A stretch of DNA of 63,720 nucleotides, the filler included, from Rhabdomonas costata (taxonomy: Eukaryota): NCBI GenBank assembly GCA_019059605.1. It is 36 parts of 36 records of this genome, joined end to end, with 100 filler letters (N's around TTAATTAATTAA, not from the genome) between each part and the next. Parts side by side here need not be neighbours in the genome. Positions count along the whole stretch, not along the records: positions 1 to 1,675 come from JAHMHO010010874.1; positions 1,776 to 3,449 come from JAHMHO010010875.1; positions 3,550 to 5,223 come from JAHMHO010010876.1; positions 5,324 to 6,997 come from JAHMHO010010877.1; positions 7,098 to 8,765 come from JAHMHO010010878.1; positions 8,866 to 10,539 come from JAHMHO010010879.1; positions 10,640 to 12,313 come from JAHMHO010010880.1; positions 12,414 to 14,087 come from JAHMHO010010881.1; 28 more parts are not named here. One strand, written 5' to 3'. Position 1 is the first letter of the stretch. Every line of letters starts with the position of its first letter. The notes beneath the pieces were generated by a model, which saw only the letters and a program-made list of their open reading frames with translations, made no database searches and was not told where the DNA came from. Below, one piece after another: positions 1 through 12,733 of the stretch. The position numbers were made by a program, and so were the translations under genes.

Positions 1-1100
1 GTGGTGTTGGAGCGGACGGTGCCATGGGGAACCGGAACCGGCTCACCGTCGAACGTTCCACATCTGGTAACCTCCCTTCAGCCCCACAGGTCCCGGGCCA
101 TTGTTTGCGCAGCTGCTCTTTTCCAGCGGCTAACTGCACTGCTTCATATTTGCTCAGATCTCTGCGACTCCACACTCCTTCCTTGGGGGGCTGGGGCCCC
201 CCAACGCCCCATGGAGCTTTTCTTTCGGATGGGTGAACGGGCAGCACCGGTATCTACAGGCGTCGCCGTGCCAGCACCTCGCTCTATCGTTGCGCTGTGG
301 GCTATTCCTGCCCTCTTCCGCCGAACCTCCGGTACCTCGACGTTGCCTCACTGAATTTTTGCCCTGGTGCGTCTGCGAATACTTTGGCTTCCCGTTGGCC
401 CTAGCATAAGGCTCTGATTTCTTGCGAATCTCGATGGTCTGCTTTTACTTCTGCGCACTGGGTCCATCTCTACGCGAGTTCGTTCTAGGTGCTCCTCCCA
501 AGGGTGCACAAAGGGACACCGTTGGAACTTGCATGATATTCCGTGCCAGCATCGCACTCCTGGGGCACACGTGCTCTGTTCCACCTGTTTTCGGCTGCGG
601 CTTTCATGTCTCGCCCCTGGGAGTGTCGGGGGTCCCTTTCTTGCCGTCGGCCTCTCCTGCTCTGCGTCTCTGTTCTCCCTGGATGCTCCATGCTTGATCC
701 CCGCCACCCTCTTTCCCCGCCCCTTCTCTGCTCTCGGCCCCTGGCCCTCTCTCCCTCGTTCACTATCTCTCTCGCTCGCTCCCAGTGCTGTTGCACACTG
801 GCGGTGCTTCCTTCGAATGACGACTTTGGTTTTGGCGGGTGCTGTCCCCATTTTCGGCTTCTGGCATATCCTCCTTCACCCGCGGAGGACCTGGGGTTGG
901 GATTGGTTGCCTCTTCTTTCTGGTCATCGCTGACCTTGTGGAGGGCCCCTGGGGTAAATACCCCTCCCATCTTCCTCGCCACATACCTCAGCCCCGAGAG
1001 GCGGCGGGGCTGATTATGAAGTGTACAGTGCAGTTGCGGTTTTTTTTCGTCTTTCTTGGGGCGGGCCGTGTTGCCGCGGCTGCGCCGCCTTGACGCCAAT
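1..1100 (-). mobile_element. Decayed, frameshifted coding element with two CCCH zinc fingers, unclassified and probably transposon-derived
   Basis: Two C-x5-C-x4-C-x3-H motifs: CWHGISCKFQRCPFVH (551-504) and CWHGDACRYRCCPFTH (276-229), in different frames. Segment 196-81 has a clear homologue at 26385-26499. It lies downstream of a GT donor at 1551. Confidence 0.5.
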
Positions 1101-1551
1101 TGGCTCGCTCGCGGTGATGGTGGCGTCCCTTTTCTTTTCTCTCTCCCTCTCTCTTTTTTTTGGTTTCTCCCGCGGGACCGCGGCTCCCCCTGCCACGTTG
1201 TCGTATCCCTTAATCCTTAAGGTTAAGGTCCACCTGGTTTAACTATCCAGCACCCCCCCTCTGTGTGTGTGTGCACCATTGCCACTGCCACTGAAGATCC
1301 ATCCAGGGGCCTCACCCTGTACTGTTGGTGGAGTGGCCAAGTTTCAGGCAAAAGGCTGGAGGAAACCTATTTCCTATTTCCTATCTCGAGGCTAAAACAA
1401 AGTTTTGCAGCACTGCCTCCAGGAAATCGCCTTCTTAACAGTCCCACCGTCCTTCGCAGCATTAAAAGAGAACAATCAGGGGAGCCCAAAACTTCAGCCA
1501 TCAATGACATCGCATTGCGCAGCAGTAATGGCTAAAAAAGGACGCTCCCAC

Positions 1552-1672
1552 CTGAGTGCTGTAAATCTCCTTGGGTTCGATGGTAAGGCCGTCCAGGTCC
1601 ATCGTGGCGATACGGTGAATCATATCCACAAGCCGTACAAGTGGCGCGGAAATCGCCACGGTGAGACCCACA
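1552..1672 (-). CDS. Exon with end of a TM helix and a HAMP-like linker (receptor cyclase/kinase type)
   Basis: VGLTVAISAPLVRLVDMIHRIATMDLDGLTIEPKEIYSTQ followed by a GT donor. The I-x-x-P-L-x-x-L pattern matches HAMP helix 1. Confidence 0.55.
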
Positions 1673-1675
1673 ACC

Positions 1676-1775
1676 NNNNNNNNNNNNNNNNNNNNNNNNN
1701 NNNNNNNNNNNNNNNNNNNTTAATTAATTAANNNNNNNNNNNNNNNNNNNNNNNNNNNNNNNNNNNNNNNNNNNN
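1676..1775. other. Artificial contig spacer, first of 35; the window is 36 concatenated contigs of about 1.67 kb
   Basis: 44 N + TTAATTAATTAA (stops in all six frames) + 44 N, recurring about every 1.77 kb. Contigs run 1-1675, 1776-3449, 3550-5223 ... 62049-63720 with near-identical lengths, consistent with a size-sorted assembly. Confidence 0.99.
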
Positions 1776-2688
1776 GTGGTTTTGGTCCAATGTGCCTTCC
1801 ACAGCCTGTGAAAGGCACATTGGACCAAAGACCGACACCGGAGCCAGCACGGTGTCACAGCGCAGGGTGTGCTTGTGCAACCAGCCTCTTTGGGGCTATG
1901 AGGCTGGTATGCTCGAGCTTACAGCGGAATGCCCGGAAATGTAAACCCAGCAGCTAGGTCATGGACATCATTCCCCCCGGTCTCCTCCCGCAACAACTTA
2001 CCCAAACCGAATTGGCCAATGTTTTGCGGGGATTTCTCTCTCTAATCTCGAATGGATGTGCTGGAAGGTGCTCTCACACTCAATTTTTTTCAGCAAATTT
2101 AACTTCTTTTTCTTTTTTTCTGACTTTGAAGATTTTCCAAGTAAAAACAAGACTAGTAAAAACAAAAAAAGTAAAGACAAAAAACAAGATGAGATTTGAA
2201 AAGAGCGTTCTTCCGCGTCCGTAAGTCACAGGATACGGCCCACACAGTGTTTCCAACGCGATTTACATTATTCATTTAAAAGCCACAGAAGAAGGTCAAA
2301 TTCAAGAACTCCACCCATGAAGCTATTCTCTGATGTAAGGCATCATTACTGTTGCTGCGTTGCACACAGTACCAGTCAGGCAACACAATGAACAAAAACC
2401 ATTCACCGCGGCACCTTCCAGCACGAAAGTTTGCTGCATGAACACAAAACAACACGTTGACCAACAAAGTGTGCGAAGAGGCCAAAATTTGAAAATGCAA
2501 AGCCCACCTCACAGGAGGCCAAAGGTCAATTACAACTGCATCACCTTTTACTTACTTTTTTTTCTACGTTTTTCGGGAACCCAGGATTTCACTTTTTTTT
2601 GCGGTCTTTAAACGTTTTTTTAATCGCAAAAACCCGCAGAAAACTCGCACAACACACGCAGGGTACTGACAGACGGCCATGGGCATAC

Positions 2689-2781
2689 CGCCGGCTTCAG
2701 CTCCGTCAGCGCCGGCCCATGGTCCTTGTGTGCGGCCTCAGGCCTCAGTGCAGCCTGGTTCAGAATGCCTTCCGTGCCCCC
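2689..2781 (-). CDS. Isolated internal exon of an unknown protein
   Basis: CAG acceptor, 93 GC-rich nt encoding GGTEGILNQAALRPEAAHKDHGPALTELKPA, GTATGC donor. Confidence 0.35.
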
Positions 2782-3549
2782 CTGGAGCCCCGAAAAGGGA
2801 TCATTAGGCAGATGCCGCGGATAAAACAACCTCAGCAGTTTGCATGTTAGACGCAACCACAAGGCACTAGTTTCCTTGTTCAGTGCAGATCCCAGCCGTT
2901 TTTCGAACCACCAAAAACACCAATAACGTCCTGTGGGCTAGAGCGGAGGCCAGAATGTCCAGCAAATTACTACTAGCAGCTGAGTGAATCCCCCTCCCCC
3001 GCATTCAATCCAATGCCAGGAGCCGTCCGAAAACCTCCTCAGCAACTTCAGCTGTGCGTTGGCGGGGATTCAACCTTGTCGGTCTTTTTCTGAGGAGCGC
3101 TAGATCTCACCTTGCCCCGCAGCCTCTTTCTCCCATTCACCAGCCATCTCCTTCAATGCTGTAGCCCCCCTCTTGCTCTCTTGTAACTTAGTTTCTGTGT
3201 GTATTACCTTCCCGAAACCGTGTCGATCGAGACGAACCGACGCTTTGCGTGTAACTTAGTTTCTCTCCTGCTAGTACCTTTCTTTTTTATCGACAATTTT
3301 ACAGCGTCTGCCATTCCCGCAAATTATTGTGTGATGTTCCGCTCTAAAAAAAAAAGAGTGCTAAAACGCTTAACAGAAACGGACGGAAGCATTCTCCGAA
3401 ACAGTCGAGTCGAATTCGGTTCCAGGGTAATTCGAGGGTAATTCGGACTNNNNNNNNNNNNNNNNNNNNNNNNNNNNNNNNNNNNNNNNNNNNTTAATTA
3501 ATTAANNNNNNNNNNNNNNNNNNNNNNNNNNNNNNNNNNNNNNNNNNNN

Positions 3550-4687
3550 GGTTTGTTTGTCAATGGGAGCCTGAATATTTTGATGGAGCTGATGGACGTT
3601 GGAACGCTGACCCACATTTTGTTCAAAGCCAGTATGCCCATGCTGGTGGTTTTTTGGTCCTCCTGCTTCAAATTAACCGTGGCTCAGGTGGTGATTGGTC
3701 AGGATGGGATCCTCGATCGTGCTACTCTCAGACGCAACTCATGCGCGCACGTGTAGATTTTATCCCCGAGGACGTGCTATCCTGCATGGCCCGCCAGGTG
3801 TGCGCGGATGTGCCTGGAAAATGAGAAAGAGCTGACAGAGGAGAGGGAAGAGACAGTGCGAACGTTTACGGATTGCCTTTCTTCAGATGCTGTAACACCA
3901 AACCCGTTTTCCTGACGGAAATGCCGCGTCACAGTATCACTTCCTTCCACTTTCTCGGTTTGATAACTGTGCAGATGTGAGCGCCTGGGCATTATCATGA
4001 CACTTTATCTCATCTGCTCGTCTTTGGCCGGCTTCCTTTCATTACTCTGGTGATCCGGCCGTCGATTTTGCTGGAATGAGAGAGGGAGGGAGGACCATGT
4101 CATGCCATTAGGCTGCCGTGCACTTCAGATTCCGCCTCATTTCTTCAGCCAGTTCTTTTCTTTCCCCTTGAGCTGGATTGCTCGCTGGTCCCCTGTGCAG
4201 ATTCTCACTGGGTTAGCCTTCCTGCATAAGGAGCAAATCTTGCACCGTGACATCAAGCCCTGTAACATCCTCGTCAACTCGTATGGCATGTTAGGATATC
4301 GCCAGGGTGCCTGCCCACCACTTCTGTGTGACGTGCTAGAGACTGTGGAACCTGCCCTGTGGGTCCCTGGCTTGCATCTGGCCTGTCTCAATTACAGGCT
4401 TGCTTGATTTTGGTGATCCGGTCTCCCTGCTTTTGCTCGGTCCTCTTCTGCATCCAGAGAGACAGAAAAGAGAAAAGGGGTAATTGATTTGCACCCCGCG
4501 CATCCCGCTGCAGGCAGAAACGTCCCATGTCCAAAAATTGGTTTTAATGTGTTTCCTGTTCGTAATATTTGTTATGCATATGGTTTTGATTAGGAAGGGC
4601 CGAGTGAAATTGTCCGACTTTGGGATATGCAAGATGATCGACGACAAAAGCGAGATCACCTACAATGGGACTCGTTTGTACAAGAGC
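3550..4687 (+). CDS. MAP kinase kinase (STE7 family), partial, 4 exons: 3550-3631, 3757-3797, 4201-4280, 4594-4687
   Basis: Spliced product: LNILMELMDVGTL...KANFIPEDVLSCMARQILTGLAFLHKEQILHRDIKPCNILVNSKGRVKLSDFGICK...GTRLYKS. Kinase subdomains V-VIII with MAP2K-typical IPE and HRDIKP-NIL-N-G-VKL-DFG. All junctions are GT-AG and in phase. Confidence 0.9.
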
Positions 4688-5499
4688 GTATGTCTTCACT
4701 TCTCCGTTGCTCATTCTCGCCCACTATGACACGCGAGTCAAGCAAACGACACCATGACACATGACAAGTCTTGCCTGCCGTTCCTGCGCTGAGAATGCTG
4801 TGTGAGCAACGCACTGATGCTATGTGCCATCCCAAATAATTCGTCTAAAGAGAACAGAAAAAAGAAACACACGTTTAATCTCACATGTGGGTTCATACCG
4901 TATGCCCATTTTGCCATTTTCTTTCTTCCCTCAGGATCGATTCTATGTAGTGGAGAGGAGTATGAGACGAAGGGTGGGGTTAAGTTTTCAAATCTCATCC
5001 ACCCTCCTCACCTCTGACAGACCAACTTGCGTAATTTAATGCTCTCCCAATAATTGGAAGTCCGATTGACACTGTAAACTGGTACAAAACACCCACCTTG
5101 CTTTTTGTTCACATGTTCACATGTCGAATAAACCCAAAACTATGGTTCGCCCGTCCACTTTTGTCAACTGGCATCCTGAACACTGGCGAAACTTGCTTTT
5201 CATCTCCAGCTGCCCAACACCCCNNNNNNNNNNNNNNNNNNNNNNNNNNNNNNNNNNNNNNNNNNNNTTAATTAATTAANNNNNNNNNNNNNNNNNNNNN
5301 NNNNNNNNNNNNNNNNNNNNNNNTTTTCGTTCGTTTCCCCCAAATTATGACAGGGGAATGATATGCTGATTGTGTACTGTGTTCCCTCCTTTTCGTCTCC
5401 TTCTTCTTTGTTTCCCTTCTTTGACACGTTCTTTCACGGCACTTTTAATCTGAGGTTGCCAGGGTGTGTATTGCTCCCTCTTGGCTTCTTCTTTTGCAG

Positions 5500-5761
5500 C
5501 CTTTGGGAGGTTCTGTGGGCCTGTCCGTTCCGCTCTGGCCGCCCCGAGCGCCCCGTGCCTTACCACCTGTGGCTGTGTGCGAGCATGGTGGTGCGGGTGC
5601 GAGAGCAAATCCTCTCCAAGGTGCTGCGGGACGACCAGCTGTGCGTGCTGCTTAGCACCACTCCGGCGCCACCTTTACCCACCCTCTTGGCGGAAACCCG
5701 TGCGCTATACCTGAAGCATGGCGAGCTGGGCGACCTGGGAGAGGCAGGGAACCTGCTCTGA
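5500..5761 (+). CDS. TBC-domain Rab GAP, terminal exon
   Basis: After a polypyrimidine-CAG acceptor: LWEVLWACP...YHLWLCASMVVRVREQIL...LLAETRALY...stop. This resembles the C-terminal helices of TBC1D15/Gyp7-like domains. Confidence 0.75.
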
Positions 5762-7874
5762 GGTCCCCCCCCTTCCGGGTACCACCGTTTCAATACCTAA
5801 CCTGCAGGCTCTGGGGGCTAGGTAGCCCTACACTGCACCGATAGTCGGATCTGAACCTACCCTTGGTTACCAGGTGGGTCTCTTTCTGTGACACATCCCC
5901 TCGCAAACGTCCCGTGTGATGAAGATGGGGCCCGCTGATTCATGTCCATGTGCGCTGCTGTTTCGCCGAGAGGTTTGGGTTTGGGGTCAACCTGCGGTTT
6001 CGGTGTGTCCATGCCCAGTTGTACGGCTCTGGGCCACGTACATTTCAACAGAATTGTGCCAGCGACCAAGGACCGCTGGTATTCCTCTTACAAGCCTGCA
6101 CCTACAACCCTGCACCCTGCATTTCCAATACCCCCTGCCCACTTCGATTGTGAAGGGGGGGGGGCAGGTTCTCATGTATGCCAGTGCTGTGAATGTGTCT
6201 TCTTCGTGACGAGTGTTTTGTGCCGCATAAAAGGGCTTCCGTGGCCACACAGATTTCCCTTTTGCCCTCATACATCCTTTGGATCGAGGCAAGGGGGAGG
6301 CACTGTGTGTGTTTTTGTTCGGTGCATCTGCGCCGCCGCCGCCGGTGTTGCCCCACTTCTGCCCCCCGTTACGTTTTCTAGGGTGTGAATAATGGACTTC
6401 AAGGGTGTAAATAGTGGGTTTTCCTGCTCACATCGCAAGTGTGTTTGACAGGTTATGATTGGGCTGCACTGCGCTGCACTGCAGGCCATCTTGGGAGGCT
6501 CTCGTACTTGTTGTGCGTGTTGTTCGCTTCCCGCGCGGTGTTTTTGGATGTTCTTGCAATGCGAAGAACATTGCACAAAAAAGAATCAAGTCACGCGTTT
6601 GCAATGATCTTGGATTTGGAGGGACAGAGAAGGACTGAAAGAAGGAAGGTGGCGACCCCCCCCCCCGTTGATTATGGGCCCGATGCGCTTTGTCCCGTCG
6701 CCTAAGTCGCCCTATCGGAATCCCAGGGGACCCGTGAATTGCCTCGTGACTTCCGACGAAAGCTTCCATTGAAATCCCAGGGGGTACATTTATTGCCTTC
6801 TAGTCCCCTGCCAGTCTTGAATTGTAGTAAAACGTCCGCCCCTTGCCCCTGTCCCCCGGTCCCAACTAGTTGTGTGCCACCCTTTTCCCGTAGTTCTCCC
6901 CCTTACCCTTCTCTGACACCCTTCCCCCTTCTCTGGCAGATTGTACCTCACACCTTCTCCCACTCTCTCGTCACTCTTTCCCAAAGCCGAACGCTCCNNN
7001 NNNNNNNNNNNNNNNNNNNNNNNNNNNNNNNNNNNNNNNNNTTAATTAATTAANNNNNNNNNNNNNNNNNNNNNNNNNNNNNNNNNNNNNNNNNNNNGTT
7101 TGTTAAAGATTTGCGAAATAGATGTTTAGCTTATTGTGAGTCAGAGTTCAAAAGAGGTCAGGCTGGAATTCAACCGCCGCATCGTATATTCTTTGAAACC
7201 GAAATAACTCAGGAAAGGGAGGGGTAATGTTCAAAGCGGTGCTTTGTGGTGGTGGTCCTTGTGAATGTAATCGGTTCAAATGTACTTTTTTGTTTTGGTC
7301 ATGGTTTGCGCAAATTGCGCGCGGCGACGAGCTGCCTTCTTGAAACGCGTATTAGACGATGACGTTTACAGCAGTTGTAAAGTCTTGTGAAGATCGGGAG
7401 TGTTTCCCACACCTCTTGTCTCTCGTTGCTTGTTCTGCAGTTACGTGTGGTTACTCGGCTTTTCCCATACGCCCCCCCCCCTCCATAGCAACTATACACA
7501 CGCCAACCCCATCGTTTGCCGTTGAAAGCCAAAGCGATCGCCTTTCCACTGCAGCCCCGAAAAGGTCCAGGCAGCGGCATCAGGAAGTTGCACCGAAACG
7601 CATCTGTGAAAGCTGACTTACTCAACCCGCAATGCTTTTTGGGACACTTATAGCCTTGCGATCCGGGCTTCAGGAAAATGATGGAGATTTTGGCTCCGTG
7701 TTCGCAGCTGTGCATTTTCCTGTATTATGGTTCAAAGAAGTAAGCACAATTCCGGGGCGTTGTGTTTGAGGGCTACCAGCTTTTGTGGTGGAATGCGCAA
7801 GTCCATTGCCAAGGGTGTTTGCCTTTCTCTCTCTGTTTTCGTCTCAGACTTTTTAATTCATCTTCTTGCGGAGA

Positions 7875-8765
7875 ATGCCCGAGATTTCCGAGAAGATCAA
7901 GATCGCACTGGTGTGCAGCCGTCCGTTCCTCGGGCTAAAGCCGCAGCTGGCCCTGCGGCTAGTGTGTAAGCAGTTTCGAGGGCTGGTCGATAAGAACCTC
8001 GCTCCGGAATGGAGTATTAAGCTGCGCCCCCCAGCGACCCTTCCGGACCCCAGAGCAGGGGAGAGTCTTCCCGGGAGCATGTGGCTGGGGTGTTCCGCTG
8101 CGGAAGTTTCGGTGAGAAACAGGGTGCTGATGGATTATTTGCTGGAGGTAGGGGCTTTTCTGGCTGCACAACGATTCTCACTCTTCCCCAACCTCACCTC
8201 CTTGGATGTGAGCTATAACCAGTTCGGTATGGAAGGAATGAAAGCTCTTACATCAAGCTCGTTCTTTCCCAACCTCCTGTCTTTGGGTATGAGCTTCAAT
8301 CAGATCAAGGTTGCTGGAATAAGGGCGTTTGTGGCATCCTGTATCTTCCCCAACCTCATCTCCTTGAATGTGAGCAACAATCCCATCGGGGCAGCAGGAA
8401 TGAAAGCTTTTGCTTCCTCCCCCTTTTTTCCCAACCTACGTTTCCTGAATGTTAGTCAGAATCTACTCAAGAATGCAGGAATGAAAGCTCTTGCGTTGTC
8501 GTCGTTCTTCCCCAACCTCAATTCCTTGAATGCGGGCTTCAATCAGATTGGGGGTGCAGGAGCAGAGGCTTTTGCGGCGTCCCCTTTCTTCCCCAGCCTC
8601 ACCATCTTGGATGTAACTGGCAACCACATCGGTGCTGCAGGCCTAGAAGCTCTCGCCACATCTTCGTTCTTCCCCAACCTCACCACCTTGGTTGTGAGAT
8701 TCAACCGGATCAAGGATGCAGGAGTGGAAGCTCTGGCGGCATCTTCTTTCTTCTCCCACCCCACC
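7875..8765 (+). CDS. F-box-like + leucine-rich repeat protein, intronless in view, 3' truncated
   Basis: N-terminal FLGLKPQLALRLVCKQFRGLV (F-box C-half), then about 7 tandem 27-aa (81-nt) LRRs with consensus FFPNLTSLDVSxNQIGAAGMKALASSS. Confidence 0.9.
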
Positions 8766-11328
8766 NNNNNNNNNNNNNNNNNNNNNNNNNNNNNNNNNNN
8801 NNNNNNNNNTTAATTAATTAANNNNNNNNNNNNNNNNNNNNNNNNNNNNNNNNNNNNNNNNNNNNGTTGTGTGTGATGGGTGAGAGGCAACTCGATGACA
8901 AAGTGCGAAAACTGCTGTTTACCAAACGTTGACCCCCCCCCCCCAGGACCGGCAACGGTTTTGGGGTCACGGGGAGGCCTGCATATAAGGGTCCCAGGTC
9001 AGCAACACCTTAGCTCTCTACTATTGCATGTCTGCCAAACCCGGGTCCGGATCAAGGGGTTCAAGCTTTTGCGTTTCCGGAGGCAAAATCTCAGTATGAA
9101 GCCCAAGAAGACCCACTCGAGGCGTTTGGGTCACTCGTAGCTCGCAGAAAACGGCGGTTGAAACAAGCTAAAAAGGTGTGAACAACACAAGATAGAACAT
9201 CTAAAACTAGCATCAGAAATTGGAAGCAGACCTTCCATTCGTCGATTGGGCCATCCGTGATCTCGACCATGTCGTCGGAGTCACTCACCGCTGCAAATTC
9301 GCAACGCCCACCACAACAATGAGAGTTTAGCAACGCTAATGCTGGTGGAAGATAAGGTGGAACTAATCTGAAGAAGGGATTCCCAATCGCACGCTTCCAA
9401 TAGTCTTTGAGTTTCCACCGAACAAACACAATTTCAAGCTTCGCGCACTGAAACCCGATCCCGTACCAATGGATCGCAATGGACTGCTGGCGGCATTGCC
9501 ACAGGAGAAACGACCCATCAGCGAGGCAACATGCCAGAGTAGTGCTCCTCTAAAGCAAAGAGAGCACTCGAACCAGTGGCGCTGGGCGCCTCAACTGACG
9601 ACGAACTGCTGGGCTCCATACAAAAGGCAGATGTTTTACCAATCAACGGACAACGAGCGAAAAAAAAAGACAAAAGAGATGACCACCAATCCGCAAAGCA
9701 AAAGGGATCTGCCTGATCACAAACCCAAAAACCTTTCGCGTGAGAGGTTGTCTCAGTTATCGGGGGTTTTACTATCGGGGGTTTAACTAAGAAGGCTCGT
9801 TTGTGGTCCTGGAACGGGTTTGACAGCCATCGGTGCGCGTTGAACCGCCAAAAGGGTTCACGAAACGTGTGCACTGTCAGGCAAACAAATGGCGCAAGCG
9901 GTCCCTAAGGGAGCCTTGAAACGGTTACACCAACCCCAAAGTCGCCTATTTCTCAGCTGATTCTTTCAGGTCACATGACACTTCGGAGACAGCAGGGTAA
10001 CTACAGGACCTTGTTGGGGAGCGGGAGACGGAGACTAGGATCTCTCACCCGGGCCGACCAAACCTCATGTGTTCAACTGTGATTTAGGGAGGGATATTGG
10101 GCTGAAGTAAGGTCACCAGGTTACCACATTTCAGCACGGAAACCAAGATCCACCCGACCCACCTGACGATGTATGATATGTACGATAAAACCAGTGCGTT
10201 CGTTGGGGGTACTGCTTGACTTGGGGGGAGAGGGCACTGTGAGATGGATCAGAGGGAAATCGGGTGAACTCATTTTAGTATCCAAATATTTCAACTGTCT
10301 AGGAGTGGCGTTAACCGTCATAGAAGCGAGACGGCTGACCCCGCAACCTCAACATTGTCCAATATTTCGCAGCACAAGAAAACGCGGCGCATTAAAAAAT
10401 GATGACTGAGCACACTATCCAAAACACACACTCACAAACAAAACATACCACAACTGGCAAGATCGGTACCCTCTTTGAATGCCCTGCCTAGCGCAAATTT
10501 GAACAAATCTGAACACCATGGTAGTGAACCAAACCAACCNNNNNNNNNNNNNNNNNNNNNNNNNNNNNNNNNNNNNNNNNNNNTTAATTAATTAANNNNN
10601 NNNNNNNNNNNNNNNNNNNNNNNNNNNNNNNNNNNNNNNGTGGGGGGGTCGAAGAACACTTCCTGACATAGAAATCGGGGACCGGAGTTGGCAGAAGCAA
10701 GCGGAACCAAAGAGTAACTCAAAGGAAGTTCAAAGGCAGAAGGACCAGTTTCAAGGGAGGATATGGGGTTTCCGACAAGCTGAAGACCAACCCTTGCGGT
10801 CGCCTCGGAGTGAGCGTCACACTTGAAGCGAACAGCCAAGGCGAGAAAACGAAGAAGACGAGCAAAAGAAGACCAAATGCCATTGAGCGGCTGACAAGCA
10901 TAACGTCAGCTGCGATAAAACCAACAAAAAAAGAAGAAGGCGAGGGGTACTCCTCAATGCTTGAAAAAGGCCCAACAAGCCCGCAGACTTCGGCGTGTTT
11001 TTGGTTCAACCGTAAAAATTCCAGTGACTTGGGCGTGGAATGCAAGCACTGAGGCGCCGATTTATATCGTAAGTCAATAATCGACCCAAGCACCAGCAAC
11101 CGTGGACTCGCGAAAAAAGTACACCTGCAGTCGAGAGCAATACCATTGCGGAGAAAATCAGCAATGCACTGTACACAACGTTGGCGTGTGACGTGATCTC
11201 ACCGCGAGGGTGCGGCAAAAAGAAAAGAAGGAAAGAAATGGGGGCTCAGGCCAGGGAAAAGGGGGGGGGGGACAACGTGATAGAAATGGAGAAATGAGTG
11301 GGCTACAGCGAAGGACGAAAATTTCTAC

Positions 11329-11553
11329 CTTGAGGCGGCCTACTCGGACCCTCCGCGCCAGCTCTAAGGCAGAGGCTTCCTGAGGAGAGCCTGGCGCGCA
11401 GAGGGCACCCAGAAGGCTTGTCCGCCGGCGCTCCCTGTGGGGGAGCTGATGGCACCCCAGGGCCCGAGCCAGGGCCGACCCGGCCTCTGAGGGCCGCCCC
11501 CCGAGAAGGGCGTAGTGCCCCAGCACCTCGAAGTTCGCTGCAGAGGGGACCAC
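11329..11553 (-). CDS. Internal exon of an unknown helical protein
   Basis: TAG acceptor, 225 GC-rich nt (VVPSAANFEVLGHYALLGG...RVGRLK), GT donor. The reading frame is inferred. Confidence 0.4.
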
Positions 11554-12733
11554 CTAGAGTGGAGAAGGGGCAGGACACACACTTTTCGGCTCTTGTTGTG
11601 CAGTGCAGGGTGAACGAAGTTGGGAGGCAAAGGTCCATCTACCACTATAAAAAACCACAAAAAGCCAGCACGAGGAGTCTCAGTTATCGCAATAAGACGG
11701 GTAACAGCTCATACCTTTATTTAGAGGGTTCCTTTCATGGGGTCCATCCGACACTTAGGAATCACGCCTTTTGCATCTGGATAAACATCCCCTACCACCA
11801 AATTCCCAACTGCCAGCCTCAGTTATTGCAATAACCTCCTGCACAACAAGGACACACCACGCGTGCTGCCTTTTTATCTCTATTTTTTTGGTTTGATATT
11901 GCACATATTTTTTTGCCCATATCATTTTCATTTTTGTTGCCCATATCATATCGTTAAGGACTGGCGTTACCACATGAGTGTATGGGCGGAAAGGTGTTCA
12001 GCAACGCACCGAGAGGCCAGACAAGTATATAGAAAGCTTGCGGTTCATGTCGCCCACAACTTCAGGGGACATCAGAGACACCAGGACGTGCCCGAAGCAC
12101 CCCAGCGCGAACCGGTACCGGGGCAGCGAGTGCCACTCCTCCATCAAAGTCTGCGCCATCCCCGCACCAACACCTCCACCCGCTTCCACAAACAAAGACA
12201 GTAGCCAAGGCTCTCTCAGCAGCCTAGATGATAACCGAACCTGCGCCTTCATTCGGTATCACCACCCATCCGCAAGCGCACACTCCACACACACCCCCAA
12301 ACACACCCACCACNNNNNNNNNNNNNNNNNNNNNNNNNNNNNNNNNNNNNNNNNNNNTTAATTAATTAANNNNNNNNNNNNNNNNNNNNNNNNNNNNNNN
12401 NNNNNNNNNNNNNTGTGTTGTGTTGCACCATAGTGGCCTTACACCACCACGTCAACTGAGGGCAAACAGTGCCACCCTACTGGCAGCTCAGCTGAGGGCT
12501 AAGCCGAAGCAGGCGTGTGTATGCAGCAGCCCTCCCGAAATGCTGCATTGCCGGTCCTTGAGGTCGGGATTTTCTGACCTTTTCCCCTCGGCCGGTTGTG
12601 ATTCCATTGGGGTCTCTATCGTATACCTTTGGCTCCTACTTGTGGACCCGAAGTGAGCCAAAGTGGAGCGAAGAAGAGAACAAAAGAATGAAAGACGAGC
12701 AAAGTCAATATCCTAAGTTCCCGAAGACAACAC

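Noticed and set aside
40..70. MWNVRR resembling the start of an APE endonuclease
   Set aside because: A four-residue match in a frame with flanking stops. A different frame is the conserved one.
1720..1731. TTAATTAATTAA recurring at regular spacing like a CRISPR or repeat array
   Set aside because: It is an artificial six-frame stop linker inside the N spacers. ORFs ending in X...LIN are artefacts of it.
3182..3266. Duplicated GTAACTTAGTTTCT, resembling part of a kinetoplastid spliced leader
   Set aside because: Only AGTTTCTGT matches. There is no SL exon, donor or Sm site context.
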